Shown here in pieces: positions 40,940 to 49,702 of a stretch of DNA of 64,000 nt. The position numbers and the translations under genes are program-made. The stretch comes from Nanobdellota archaeon (GTDB lineage: Archaea > Nanobdellota > Nanobdellia > Woesearchaeales > UBA9642): assembly GCA_021813435.1 (NCBI GenBank), contig JAKAKR010000012.1, forward strand, positions 9,982-73,981, in the 5' to 3' direction. Position 1 is the stretch's first letter. The number at the start of each line of letters is the position of its first letter. The notes beneath the pieces are model-generated. The model searched no databases and was not told the DNA's origin. It saw only the letters and a list, made by a program, of their open reading frames with translations.

Positions 40940-41863
40940 TTATTTTAATGTCATATATCCATCGTTTTCTTCATCAAAGGACTTCTTGCGTTTAGGGCCG
41001 CTCTTAAGGTTCCCACGCTCATCAACGTCATAGCTGTCCTGTCTTGGCGCTGATTGCCGGGACAGTCCACCCCGCTGATTGTGATCATCTGCAAAGATGT
41101 CGCGACTTTTCGAAGTGGTAATGGTCTGGGAAGCGCCCTTGGGAGTCTCGCTGTCACGCAGGGTCAAAAGGACCAGGATGAAGAGCAGCCAGTAGGCGAT
41201 GAGAGGAATATAGAATAATCGGTAAAAGGGGAATAAGAGCAGTTGAATAAGTATCATGATGGTCGACGCGTACAATGCGACCTTAAAGATTCTTGACGGA
41301 CGGATGCTGAACCGCAAAATCCATACCAAAAGGAGTCCGATAATAAATGTCAGCGCGATCATGATCCAATAATAGATACTGAGGAATACAAAAGCCCAGA
41401 AAAAGAGTGCAGGACTGAGCAGGAAAAATACCATGCCGACAGATTGCGCAAGCGAAGGGTCATTCTTGAGGTCAAGCGTCTTATCCAATGGTATACGCTG
41501 TTCCTTGCCGAAGAGGATGAATGATTTGTAGTAGAGTGCATCATTGCTCAGAAGAATCGTCGCATCGCGCATGCTGGTATTAGTATCTGCAACAATCAAT
41601 GGATCAGCAGCAATGACAAATGGCGTTGTAAAATGCATGTCAAGCTGCAACGCGAGCGTATCAAAATTTGCTGCGCGCGACTGCGCATACTGCGGAATCA
41701 TGAAAAGTGCAGGGATAAGGAGGATGAATGTTGCAATAAGCGTAAAGAAGAGGAGTACACAGAAATAGCGCATGGCAAAAGAGAACCGTTTTTCAGTCAG
41801 GTGCGGATAGGCATACGGATTAAAGCTCTGCAGTATTGCATGAAAGAGCGGCTTCATTTCCAT
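40940..41863 (-). CDS. DUF1189-like membrane protein
   Basis: SFNP..Y, TM-soluble-TM layout, FKVALYAST. Confidence 0.6.
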   Translation of the reverse strand: MEMKPLFHAILQSFNPYAYPHLTEKRFSFAMRYFCVLLFFTLIATFILLIPALFMIPQYAQSRAANFDTLALQLDMHFTTPFVIAADPLIVADTNTSMRDATILLSNDALYYKSFILFGKEQRIPLDKTLDLKNDPSLAQSVGMVFFLLSPALFFWAFVFLSIYYWIMIALTFIIGLLLVWILRFSIRPSRIFKVALYASTIMILIQLLLFPFYRLFYIPLIAYWLLFILVLLTLRDSETPKGASQTITTSKSRDIFADDHNQRGGLSRQSAPRQDSYDVDERGNLKSGPKRKKSFDEENDGYMTLK

Positions 41864-41956
41864 AACGCCGGACTAGAGAGAAGTAGTATTTAAAGTTTAC
41901 TGCACGGTCTACGCGCAGTGTCTGTTGCCGCATAGCAGAACAATGATACCGACGAT

Positions 41957-42415
41957 TCAGGCAATCTGTTTTTGCATGAAGAAATAGACTTCATTGGATT
42001 TTGCAAGATGCCGCAGGAAAATCTTTCGCCCGGATGCGAGCGTCAGCTGCACTGTTCCTGTCGCAAAATACCGGTCGAACACATTGCTCGTATACCATAC
42101 GTTCCTGATACTCGTGTAGGGTATCTTCTCGACTCCTGCAGCGCGGATTTCAAGATACGCTTCGTAGAAGATATAAGTGATGCGCTGGTACTGCAGGTAG
42201 GCAAAGAGCGTTTCGAACGTGATCAGAAGGAGTATTCCGACGCCATAGAACATATTGAGCCATAGCGGGATCTGAATCTGCAAAAGATAATAGTTTATCG
42301 CAATCCCTGTATAGAGAAGCAGGGCAAGAAATATCAATGTGATCATCTTAATGATCAAGAATCGTTCAGGGACAGGATGCGTCTTTAACTTCGGGATATC
42401 AGGAAGATAATTCAT
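41957..42415 (-). CDS. Membrane protein with bacterial PH-like domain
   Basis: Two TMs, then IPYTSIRNV..FDRYFATGTVQL. The track start 42484 lies inside the transposon end, so the start was moved to MNYLPD. Confidence 0.7.
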   Translation of the reverse strand: MNYLPDIPKLKTHPVPERFLIIKMITLIFLALLLYTGIAINYYLLQIQIPLWLNMFYGVGILLLITFETLFAYLQYQRITYIFYEAYLEIRAAGVEKIPYTSIRNVWYTSNVFDRYFATGTVQLTLASGRKIFLRHLAKSNEVYFFMQKQIA

Positions 42416-42537
42416 GCTCACACTCTTTGTTAACATAAGTGAATAAGAGGTATTTAAAGATTGCTGTTGGAGGGTATTGTTCAACCTGTAGATGTTAAGT
42501 GTCGGCTGTTAAGAATTCGGCTGTTTTCTTTATAAAC

Positions 42538-43029
42538 TTAGAATTTCCAGCCTTCTGCTCTGAATAATTCGACAACATCTATGGCTTCGATGGACTTCTT
42601 ATTGCAAACAAAAGGTATTCTTACCCTGTTTTCTCTGAGTTTTTCTTCAGTTACAACAATTCGTTTAATGCTGAACAATGTTTGTTGTGTACTTGATGTT
42701 AATTCGATAGCTAGAGCAATAACCCAAGGATCAGCATCGAACTTTCTTTCAGTATCAATTAATGCAGGATAATCCCTTAGTATTTCTTGGACTAGCTCAA
42801 TCTGACGTTGTGTTGGCTCTTTGAACATCTTCTTCTGGTTTTTAACCCATTTGCTAAGCATATCATCATTTTGCTTGATTTCGTTTAATACTTCTCTTGG
42901 TGCAATTAAGCGATTATTATCTGCTAAGAACTTGAGCTTCTCCCAGATACTTGGAAATACATCGATTGGGTTATTTCTGTTCAACTTCACTAAGGAAGAA
43001 GTATCGATGATGTAAACGTTATTAGTCAT
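42538..43029 (-). CDS. DUF4411 family PIN-like nuclease (putative toxin)
   Basis: YIIDTSSL, FPSIWE, EVLNEI, ADPWVIALA, VVTEE, IPFVC. Confidence 0.85.
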   Translation of the reverse strand: MTNNVYIIDTSSLVKLNRNNPIDVFPSIWEKLKFLADNNRLIAPREVLNEIKQNDDMLSKWVKNQKKMFKEPTQRQIELVQEILRDYPALIDTERKFDADPWVIALAIELTSSTQQTLFSIKRIVVTEEKLRENRVRIPFVCNKKSIEAIDVVELFRAEGWKF

Positions 43030-44189
43030 TTTTTCGCCTTTGAGAGTACCTTGTCAAAACTCTTTGATTTTATTGAAAGATAATTTAATGCATCGGTGTA
43101 TGTGATATGGTCTCTGTCATAGTTGTTGGCGACAAGAGAAACAAATTTATTTCCAACTTCAGAAAGACATCTTACTTCGGATGGAATTCCTCCGCCAGTT
43201 CCTTCTTCACCTTCTTTTTTTGTTGGTTTGATATCTTCTTTTTTGAATCTTGATAGGATTGCATCGTAATCTGTTCTTCCAATATAATTTAATTTGAGCA
43301 TATTCAAAAGAAGCATAGCTTTACTGACTTTGTATCTATTAGACAAGTATTTTAGAGTCTCTTTTTGAGTAAGCTTTGCTTTGTTCGTATCAAATGCTGA
43401 TTTTGCGATATCTTTTGGAAGCAAGAATGCTGATGCAAATTCATTGCACCATTTTTCAACATTATCTTTAAAAGTGTGTGTTGCATCAGGAAGATCTATG
43501 ACTGATTCTCCTAATAAAATATGACCAAATTCGTGCATTAGAGAGAATATTCTTGCTTCGATATTGTCTTTTGTGTTTACAACGATAACTGTTGGTGTTT
43601 CATCTACAAACACAAATCCTCGTGCATCTTCAACAGGCATTGAAAATTGGAATAAATAGATGTTTTGATCCTCAAGAATATCTCTTAAGTAATTGAAAAG
43701 TTCGTACGGTGTTTTGAATTTTCTTTGTTTTTCTTCAGTTAAATTAAATTTCTCTCTAAATTTAATGGCAATGTGTTCTGCATTATCAGAAATCTTGACT
43801 TTTTCTATTTTTGATTTTGTTTCATAATCTACATTTCGAGATAATTCTTTGCTTAGTTCTTGTAATCTTCTTGCATGTCGCATTACAAAAACAGTTTTTT
43901 TGTCAAATTTGTTAGTCTTATCTGGAAGCATCCTGTAATCTTTTGGCTTTGGTTTTTCTGTCAACGGTTTTGATAATAAGAATGACGCTACAGGTCTTTT
44001 GAAAATGATTGCTAATTCTTCCAATTGCCTAAAAGATGGTTTCTTCTCACCAGATTCCATCTTTTCAATATTTTGAGTGCTAGTGTTTAGACGCTTCGCT
44101 ATTTCTTCTCTTGTCCATCCTGAACTCTCAATAAGCCATTTCAGGACAGATGGTTCAACATTCACAGCGATTGGTTTCGTTCTAGCCAT
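43026..44189 (-). CDS. XRE-HTH plus ImmA/IrrE (M78) zinc metallopeptidase
   Basis: N-terminal HTH (ESGEKKPSFRQLEELA), FSLMHEFGH HExxH, EKWCNEFASAFLLP; 4-nt overlap with the PIN gene. Confidence 0.9.
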   Translation of the reverse strand: MARTKPIAVNVEPSVLKWLIESSGWTREEIAKRLNTSTQNIEKMESGEKKPSFRQLEELAIIFKRPVASFLLSKPLTEKPKPKDYRMLPDKTNKFDKKTVFVMRHARRLQELSKELSRNVDYETKSKIEKVKISDNAEHIAIKFREKFNLTEEKQRKFKTPYELFNYLRDILEDQNIYLFQFSMPVEDARGFVFVDETPTVIVVNTKDNIEARIFSLMHEFGHILLGESVIDLPDATHTFKDNVEKWCNEFASAFLLPKDIAKSAFDTNKAKLTQKETLKYLSNRYKVSKAMLLLNMLKLNYIGRTDYDAILSRFKKEDIKPTKKEGEEGTGGGIPSEVRCLSEVGNKFVSLVANNYDRDHITYTDALNYLSIKSKSFDKVLSKAKK

Positions 44190-44222
44190 TTTAGTCAGTT
44201 AGTGTTTCTTTCTTGATTAAGT

Positions 44223-44681
44223 TTATTCTTCTTTTTTCTTCTTAAATCTTTCTTTGATTTTTCTGATTAATCCTTTTGATAATTCTACATTGAAAAAAGT
44301 CAAGTCTATAAGTGTAAATAATCCGATGCTAAATGCAAGGGTCAAAGCTATTGTTATTTTTATAGTGAAACTGATGTATGTATTGATGTATTTATTGTTT
44401 GTTTCATATATTGTAATTACATTCTGATTAACTTTGGAGATTGCATCCGTAAGTAAGGTTAAATCTGATTTAGTAACTACTGTTTTATTAAGTTCTTCAT
44501 AGTTTTGTTGACAAGTTTTCAATTGCTCCGAAAGATTTTTGGCTTGTTCTATTGCAGTGTTATCAACTACCACATTTGTCGGAGGGTTAGCTACAGAATT
44601 AAGTTGAGAAATAAGTACTGGCGTTATGATTGCCAAGAATACTAATGCAATAATCCCTGAAACAATCTTTTCGACGCTCAT
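44223..44681 (-). CDS. Small membrane protein (TM, coiled coil, TM)
   Basis: Hydrophobic N- and C-terminal segments flanking heptads; ATGA-type overlap with the R-M gene end. Confidence 0.7.
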   Translation of the reverse strand: MSVEKIVSGIIALVFLAIITPVLISQLNSVANPPTNVVVDNTAIEQAKNLSEQLKTCQQNYEELNKTVVTKSDLTLLTDAISKVNQNVITIYETNNKYINTYISFTIKITIALTLAFSIGLFTLIDLTFFNVELSKGLIRKIKERFKKKKEE

Positions 44682-47600
44682 TTTAACGAATCCTCGATAA
44701 GCTTCTGTTCTTTTGCGTTAACTCCATATAGTTCATAAATTAAAGAGTTAATTTGCGGTTCAATAGCATCTATTTGCCTGGATATGATTTCTTGATCAGA
44801 TGTCAATTTCGAAGCATTGAATTTCTTTTTTAATTCGATTATATTTGTTACAGATGCAACAATTTTATCGTGAGATTCTTTTTCTTTTTTATTATTGAAA
44901 TCGATTTGTTTTATTGGTATTTCCCCAGAAAACTGCTTGTTTGTAGCGTAGAATCCACCACTCAAAAAGATGCTTATCTTGCTGATAAAAAATGTTGCAA
45001 GAGTACTATTTAAAATGGATAATAAATACTTTTTATCCTCTTTGATTTCTTTTTTCAAGGTAATTCCATTCACACCTACATTTTTAATGAAGATTGAACC
45101 TTCTTCATCAATCGCCGAGCGAGCTCTTTTTACAACATGGGGAATTAATATTTTGGATAATCTTTGTTTATCTATTGCTTGATTTCTGCTGTATTGATAC
45201 CATCCAGAATTATTGAATTTTCCTTTTTCTCTATCCTTAAGTTCTTTTTTAAAGATGCTTAAGTAATCCCAACACATTTTGTATTTTTGGATTTCTTTTT
45301 CTTCCAAAAGTTTTCCATCTTTATATGGAAAAATAATATAAGCATCACTTTTCCCAATATAATAATTATCTATATCGCTATCACCTATGATGTTAAAAGT
45401 TACCTCTGATTCTATTTCTACATTTTTATCCATTTTTTTAGAGTAAAAAATTCTAGTTTTTCCCTTATCTTCTATTAGCTTAAGGATGTATACATCATCC
45501 ATCCCCGTAATTAGACCTTGAAAATTCAATTCGAAGCAATCTTGAAATTTCTTATTTTTTCTTATCTTTTCAAAGAGTTTTTCTTCTTCTTCTGTCATGA
45601 AATACCATTTATCTTCATTGAGGAAGTGCGGTTCGATTTCGTCAATGACAAAATTATCTTCATTTTCTTTTGCTTCATTCAAGAAATATGTGATTTTTTC
45701 ATCCTTATTTTTATACAATCCTCGAATCTCTTGATATGTTAATGAAGACTGTTGCTTTTTATTCTGCAAAAACAGTAAACAAGTGTACGTGTCTGCTTTG
45801 CTGAAGACAAAATAATGCCTGAAATTTGTTAAGTGATATATGTTAAAGTTTTTGATATGCTTTCTTAGATTTGAACCATATTCGCTATTAAAAAATCTAT
45901 TGGGACAAATAAAGCCGAGAACACCATTTTTATTTAATAATGAAAGTGATCTCTCGATAAATGGAACATATATATCTACATTTCCATCTTGAGCGGTTTG
46001 ATATTTTTTTTGATAAAATGCAGTTTCTTCAGGATAAAATTCAATTAATTTCTGAATTTGAATATATGGGGGATTTCCGATAATTGCATCAAATCCTCCC
46101 TCTTTCATCACGTTACCAAATCCTTTAATTGAATCAGCCCAATTGAAAATATTGACTCTTCTTGTTGTATCCATATCCGATAGAGTTAACTGGGTCTCTT
46201 GATAAAATTCAGAACCAATTAATGAATTTCCGCATTTAATATTATCGTCTAAGTCAGGAAGTACTCTTTCTTGAATTAACTTCATTTGTTGATCTACGCT
46301 TTCTTTGGTTTCATTTTCCAAAACTTTTAGCAATAAACTCAATTTTGTAACTTCTACCGCTTGCGAGTCAATATCCACGCCATAAATATTATTTAATAGG
46401 ATCTTCTTTTTTCTCTCAGAAGTTAAAGCCCATTGATTTTCTTTTATCTGAAAAATATCTTTTTTGAATTTTTTTGGATCATTTTTTATGTAATATTTCA
46501 AATGATATTCTAAGAGATAAGAATATGCGCCTAATAAGAAACTTCCAGAGCCACAAGCAGGGTCTAAAATTCTTATGCTTTCAATTTCTTTGGGCGTTTT
46601 ACCTTTGAAAACCTTGCCGACTGTGTTTTTAACCACATACTTTACAATATAAGAAGGAGTGTAGAAAATTCCACCTGCTTTTTTTACCTCTGGTTTTTCT
46701 TCAACCTTAGCTTGGTGTGATGTCGTTAGTTTTATCACTTTTCCCAAGAATTGCTCGTATACATTACCTAAAACCTCAACACCGATAACGGTAAACTCAT
46801 AGGGGCAGATTGGATAATATAATTCCAGAATAATGCTTTTTAAGACAGAATCGTCAATCTGAATTTTAGTGGTAATTTTATCTGGCTCGAGATTGAAGAT
46901 TCCACTATTGTATTTTTCGTCAGCATATTGAAAATAACTTAAAATCTCTTTGTAAACATTTGAACTTGATGAAATTTCTTTTAATCGCTCATATCGTTCA
47001 ATACTATGATCTTCACATATTCTTAAAAATAAGATTCTATCTATTGTTATTTGAACTGCAAAATTCAACTCGTAAATCGATAAATCTTTATTTCTCGAGG
47101 CAATATTCTTCGCTAAAATTTCTCTCCATTTTTCAATTTCTTTCAAAAATTCTTCATCAACTTCAGTAGTCCCCTTTTTCCCTTTTGATGATTCTATAAA
47201 TCTATCAAAACTTCCTCTTAAAACATATTCTTTTGAAAATGATGTAAATATTTCTTCAAACTTTTCTTCATATTGTTCGAAAGTGAAATACCATATTCTT
47301 CCAGCACTGGCTTTATCTTTTTCAGAAGGTTTACTTGTACAATCATAAACAGCGAACTCTTCAAAATCAGTAAGAATTGATATTGGTAATTTAGCGTTCC
47401 ACGCGTAACGTTTTAATTGAAATGCAGGTTCTGGTGCATCTTTGATATTTACTGCTGGCTTTTTTGCTTCAACAAAAAACTTTCTCACTCCACCTATTCT
47501 AAATCCGTAGTCGGGTGCTTTTGTTTTACCGCTGATTTTAAGAGAATCTTCATTTACAACTTCTTTATATTGTTCAGCATGACCTTGCTCATTATCAACA

Positions 47601-47761
47601 TCCCATCCAAGAATTTTAAAAAATCTATCAACATATTCTTTCCTAACTTGAGCTTCATTATATGTGTCTTTTTTATATTGAGAATAGCTCTCTTTAAATT
47701 GTGCAACTAACTTTTTAAGTTCAATTTTTGCCTGTTCTTTAGTTAATTGTGTAAGTACCAT
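44678..47761 (-). CDS. Type IIG restriction-modification enzyme (Eco57I-like REase-MTase-TRD fusion)
   Basis: PD..FFVEAKK nuclease motif, DPACGSGSFL motif I, GNPPY N6-adenine motif IV, TaqI-like C-terminal TRD. Confidence 0.93.
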   Translation of the reverse strand: MVLTQLTKEQAKIELKKLVAQFKESYSQYKKDTYNEAQVRKEYVDRFFKILGWDVDNEQGHAEQYKEVVNEDSLKISGKTKAPDYGFRIGGVRKFFVEAKKPAVNIKDAPEPAFQLKRYAWNAKLPISILTDFEEFAVYDCTSKPSEKDKASAGRIWYFTFEQYEEKFEEIFTSFSKEYVLRGSFDRFIESSKGKKGTTEVDEEFLKEIEKWREILAKNIASRNKDLSIYELNFAVQITIDRILFLRICEDHSIERYERLKEISSSSNVYKEILSYFQYADEKYNSGIFNLEPDKITTKIQIDDSVLKSIILELYYPICPYEFTVIGVEVLGNVYEQFLGKVIKLTTSHQAKVEEKPEVKKAGGIFYTPSYIVKYVVKNTVGKVFKGKTPKEIESIRILDPACGSGSFLLGAYSYLLEYHLKYYIKNDPKKFKKDIFQIKENQWALTSERKKKILLNNIYGVDIDSQAVEVTKLSLLLKVLENETKESVDQQMKLIQERVLPDLDDNIKCGNSLIGSEFYQETQLTLSDMDTTRRVNIFNWADSIKGFGNVMKEGGFDAIIGNPPYIQIQKLIEFYPEETAFYQKKYQTAQDGNVDIYVPFIERSLSLLNKNGVLGFICPNRFFNSEYGSNLRKHIKNFNIYHLTNFRHYFVFSKADTYTCLLFLQNKKQQSSLTYQEIRGLYKNKDEKITYFLNEAKENEDNFVIDEIEPHFLNEDKWYFMTEEEEKLFEKIRKNKKFQDCFELNFQGLITGMDDVYILKLIEDKGKTRIFYSKKMDKNVEIESEVTFNIIGDSDIDNYYIGKSDAYIIFPYKDGKLLEEKEIQKYKMCWDYLSIFKKELKDREKGKFNNSGWYQYSRNQAIDKQRLSKILIPHVVKRARSAIDEEGSIFIKNVGVNGITLKKEIKEDKKYLLSILNSTLATFFISKISIFLSGGFYATNKQFSGEIPIKQIDFNNKKEKESHDKIVASVTNIIELKKKFNASKLTSDQEIISRQIDAIEPQINSLIYELYGVNAKEQKLIEDSLK

Positions 47762-47769
47762 TTTATGAC

Positions 47770-47913
47770 CTAAGCTTTTTTTATTTCCTCTAATTCTTTT
47801 TTCATAAGCGTCTCAACTTTTCTAGAAAGAATCATATCGTTTTCTTCACAGTACTTCTTGTACTTCTCGTAAACTTTTTCGTCAAGACTTAATGCAAAAG
47901 TTTTCCTACCCAT
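47770..47913 (-). CDS. 47-aa ribbon-helix-helix/CopG-like regulator (below ORF-track cutoff)
   Basis: Manually translated MGRKTFALSLDEKVYEKYKKYCEENDMILSRKVETLMKKELEEIKKA*; alternating beta-strand then two helices; directly upstream of the R-M gene. Confidence 0.75.
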   Translation of the reverse strand: MGRKTFALSLDEKVYEKYKKYCEENDMILSRKVETLMKKELEEIKKA

Positions 47914-47946
47914 ATAAACACATATAATCCCATATACTTATAAATT
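47911..47946 (-). promoter_or_regulatory. TATA box and three CATATA repeats at 10-bp spacing (candidate RHH operator)
   Basis: CATATA at 47911, 47921 and 47931 adjacent to TTATAAAT. Confidence 0.5.
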
Positions 47947-48269
47947 TATCGCAAAAAAAGTTTTAAGACACATAAAATCATATAAAGAAAAAAACTGATT
48001 TCTATTTTTTATGAGAGAGTAGACTCTTAATGTCCTTAAAAAGAAATCAGAGCTCTTTCATCCAGACTGGACTCGAGATGTTACTACTATTGACTCCAGT
48101 GGCTCAAAAAACAGGGAAGAGAGATACAACATAAAATTAGGAAAATAAAACAATGGGCTTTCCCCTGTTTTCAACATCACTGAACTGAGAAGTAGTAAAT
48201 TGACGTTTCATTTATAGAAGAGAGAATGAGAGAGTAAGTAGAGTATGGTAGATGTAAGAATATTATAGA

Positions 48270-48983
48270 TTGGTCACTGTAATGGATTTGTACATGAAGG
48301 GCGTTAGCTATCGATCAATTGCAGACCACTTAAAGCAAATCTACGGACTTGAAGTAAGTCATATTACGGTTTTGAACTGGGTTAATACTTATCTGACAAA
48401 GATTACCGAATATGTCAAGTCTATGCAACCGCAAGTCGGAGACTACTGGCTTGCAGATGAACAATTCATCAAAGTCAAAGGCAATCAACAGTATGTCTGG
48501 AATGTACTTGACAACAAAACAAGATTTCTTTTAGCAAGTAATGCAAGTAAAACAAGAAACTATGAAGATGCGAGAAGAACCTTCAAACGAGCAAAGAAAG
48601 TTGCTGGCAAGAAAGCTAAGACAGTGGTCACAGACGGCTCATTCAATTATTCAAAAGCCGTAAGAAAAGAATTTGCAACCTATCAAAATCCTAAACCTCA
48701 CAAGCGTTATGTTTCATTAAGACAGAAGACAGGAAATAACAATAAGATTGAACGATTCCACGAAACTTTCAGGCAGAGAGATAAAGTAATGCGCGGATTC
48801 AAAGGAAATCAAAAGAAATACGCAGAGAACTTTCAGACATACTATAATTTTGTAAGAAAACATTCAAAGATTGGTATGACTCCTGCTCAAAAAGCGAAGA
48901 TAGATCAGAAAGCAGACTGGAAAGAACTTCTAACCAAAGCAATGCAAAGTCCAGTGCCTGAAAATCACACAAGACCAGTGTAA
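48270..48983 (+). CDS. IS6-like DDE transposase, possibly N-terminally truncated
   Basis: HTH (GVSYRSIADHL..VSHITVLNWV), WLADE..IKVKG..YVWNVLD, VTDG, NNKIERFH catalytic triad. Confidence 0.85.
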   Translation: MVTVMDLYMKGVSYRSIADHLKQIYGLEVSHITVLNWVNTYLTKITEYVKSMQPQVGDYWLADEQFIKVKGNQQYVWNVLDNKTRFLLASNASKTRNYEDARRTFKRAKKVAGKKAKTVVTDGSFNYSKAVRKEFATYQNPKPHKRYVSLRQKTGNNNKIERFHETFRQRDKVMRGFKGNQKKYAENFQTYYNFVRKHSKIGMTPAQKAKIDQKADWKELLTKAMQSPVPENHTRPV

Positions 48984-49138
48984 ATCACTGGACTCATGTC
49001 AAGTCTATTGAGCAGTTTACGTTTGAAAATAGGTCGGACTTGACAAGCAAATTCTCAGAAATTGACAGTGGACAAATTATTATTGCATAATCTTAACACT
49101 GGACTTCCTCCAAAATTCTTTTCTACATATTTCCTATT

Positions 49139-49580
49139 TCTCACTGTTGGTCTCACTGTCGGTTTTGATTTTTTGCCTACAGGTTTGCCTACTGGTTTCA
49201 ATTCAGGCGGTTAGTTTCTCGGTTAGCTTTCAAAATGTGATTTGCCACTACAGGGTTCACTACTGGCTTCAATTTTTAGAATCATCTTTATGTGTCCATT
49301 CTCATTTTCAGAGACTGCGTCTGAGACTGGGTTTCAATATGTCCCCTTCCCTTCTTAGCCTGTTAGAAAGCCGGTTTACACCAAAAACACAACAAAAATG
49401 GTTTATATACCCCCGCCCCTCCGACTACTGGCTTGACTACAGGTTCCAAAAAAATCACTGTTAGATTCTCAGTTAGGACCATATGAACAAAGAAAGAGTT
49501 CTCACTTACCTTTCAGTTAAACCTGACTGTTAGACACCAAGAAAAAGTCAATTTCCTCAGTTAGACCCCCTGCCTGTCAG
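49139..49580. repeat. Non-coding array of about 10 imperfect 12-bp direct doublets
   Basis: e.g. tctcactgttgg/tctcactgtcgg, tttgcctacagg/tttgcctactgg, cactacagggtt/cactactggctt, gagactgcgtct/gagactgggttt, cgactactggct/tgactacaggtt. Confidence 0.75.
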
Positions 49581-49702
49581 AACATCCGCCACTTAACGGA
49601 TAGGATTGACATCCACAGGGTGAACAATACGCTGTTGGAGGGTAGGATACCAAGAAGGATCATTGTTTAGAAAGATTAATAAAAACATCAAGCCATAGAA
49701 CG

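Larger units (their letters stand above)
42474..49630. mobile_element. 7.16-kb cargo-carrying transposon with IS6-like DDE transposase
   Basis: TIRs GTATTGTTCAACCTGTAGATGTTAA (42474-42498) vs reverse complement of 49606-49630 GTATTGTTCACCCTGTGGATGTCAA (22/25); flanking direct repeat GCTGTTGGAGG at 42463-42473 and 49631-49641; interior clearly more AT-rich than the flanks. Confidence 0.9.

Noticed and set aside
48011..48148. Small reading frame with an in-frame TAG at codon 4 (possible read-through or recoding)
   Set aside because: No recognisable product and no other sign of stop-codon reassignment; TAG terminates ordinary genes in this window
49139..49580. Possible CRISPR-like array, or the 105-aa ORF 49147-49464
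   Set aside because: No constant repeat is shared between units; the ORF starts at TTG, has non-protein-like composition and simply overlies the doublet array
42474..49630. Casposon or Tn7/Mu-like element
   Set aside because: No Cas1, PolB, TnsC or TniQ genes; setting the ends at TGT...ACA gives no 5-bp duplication (GGTAT vs ATACG)
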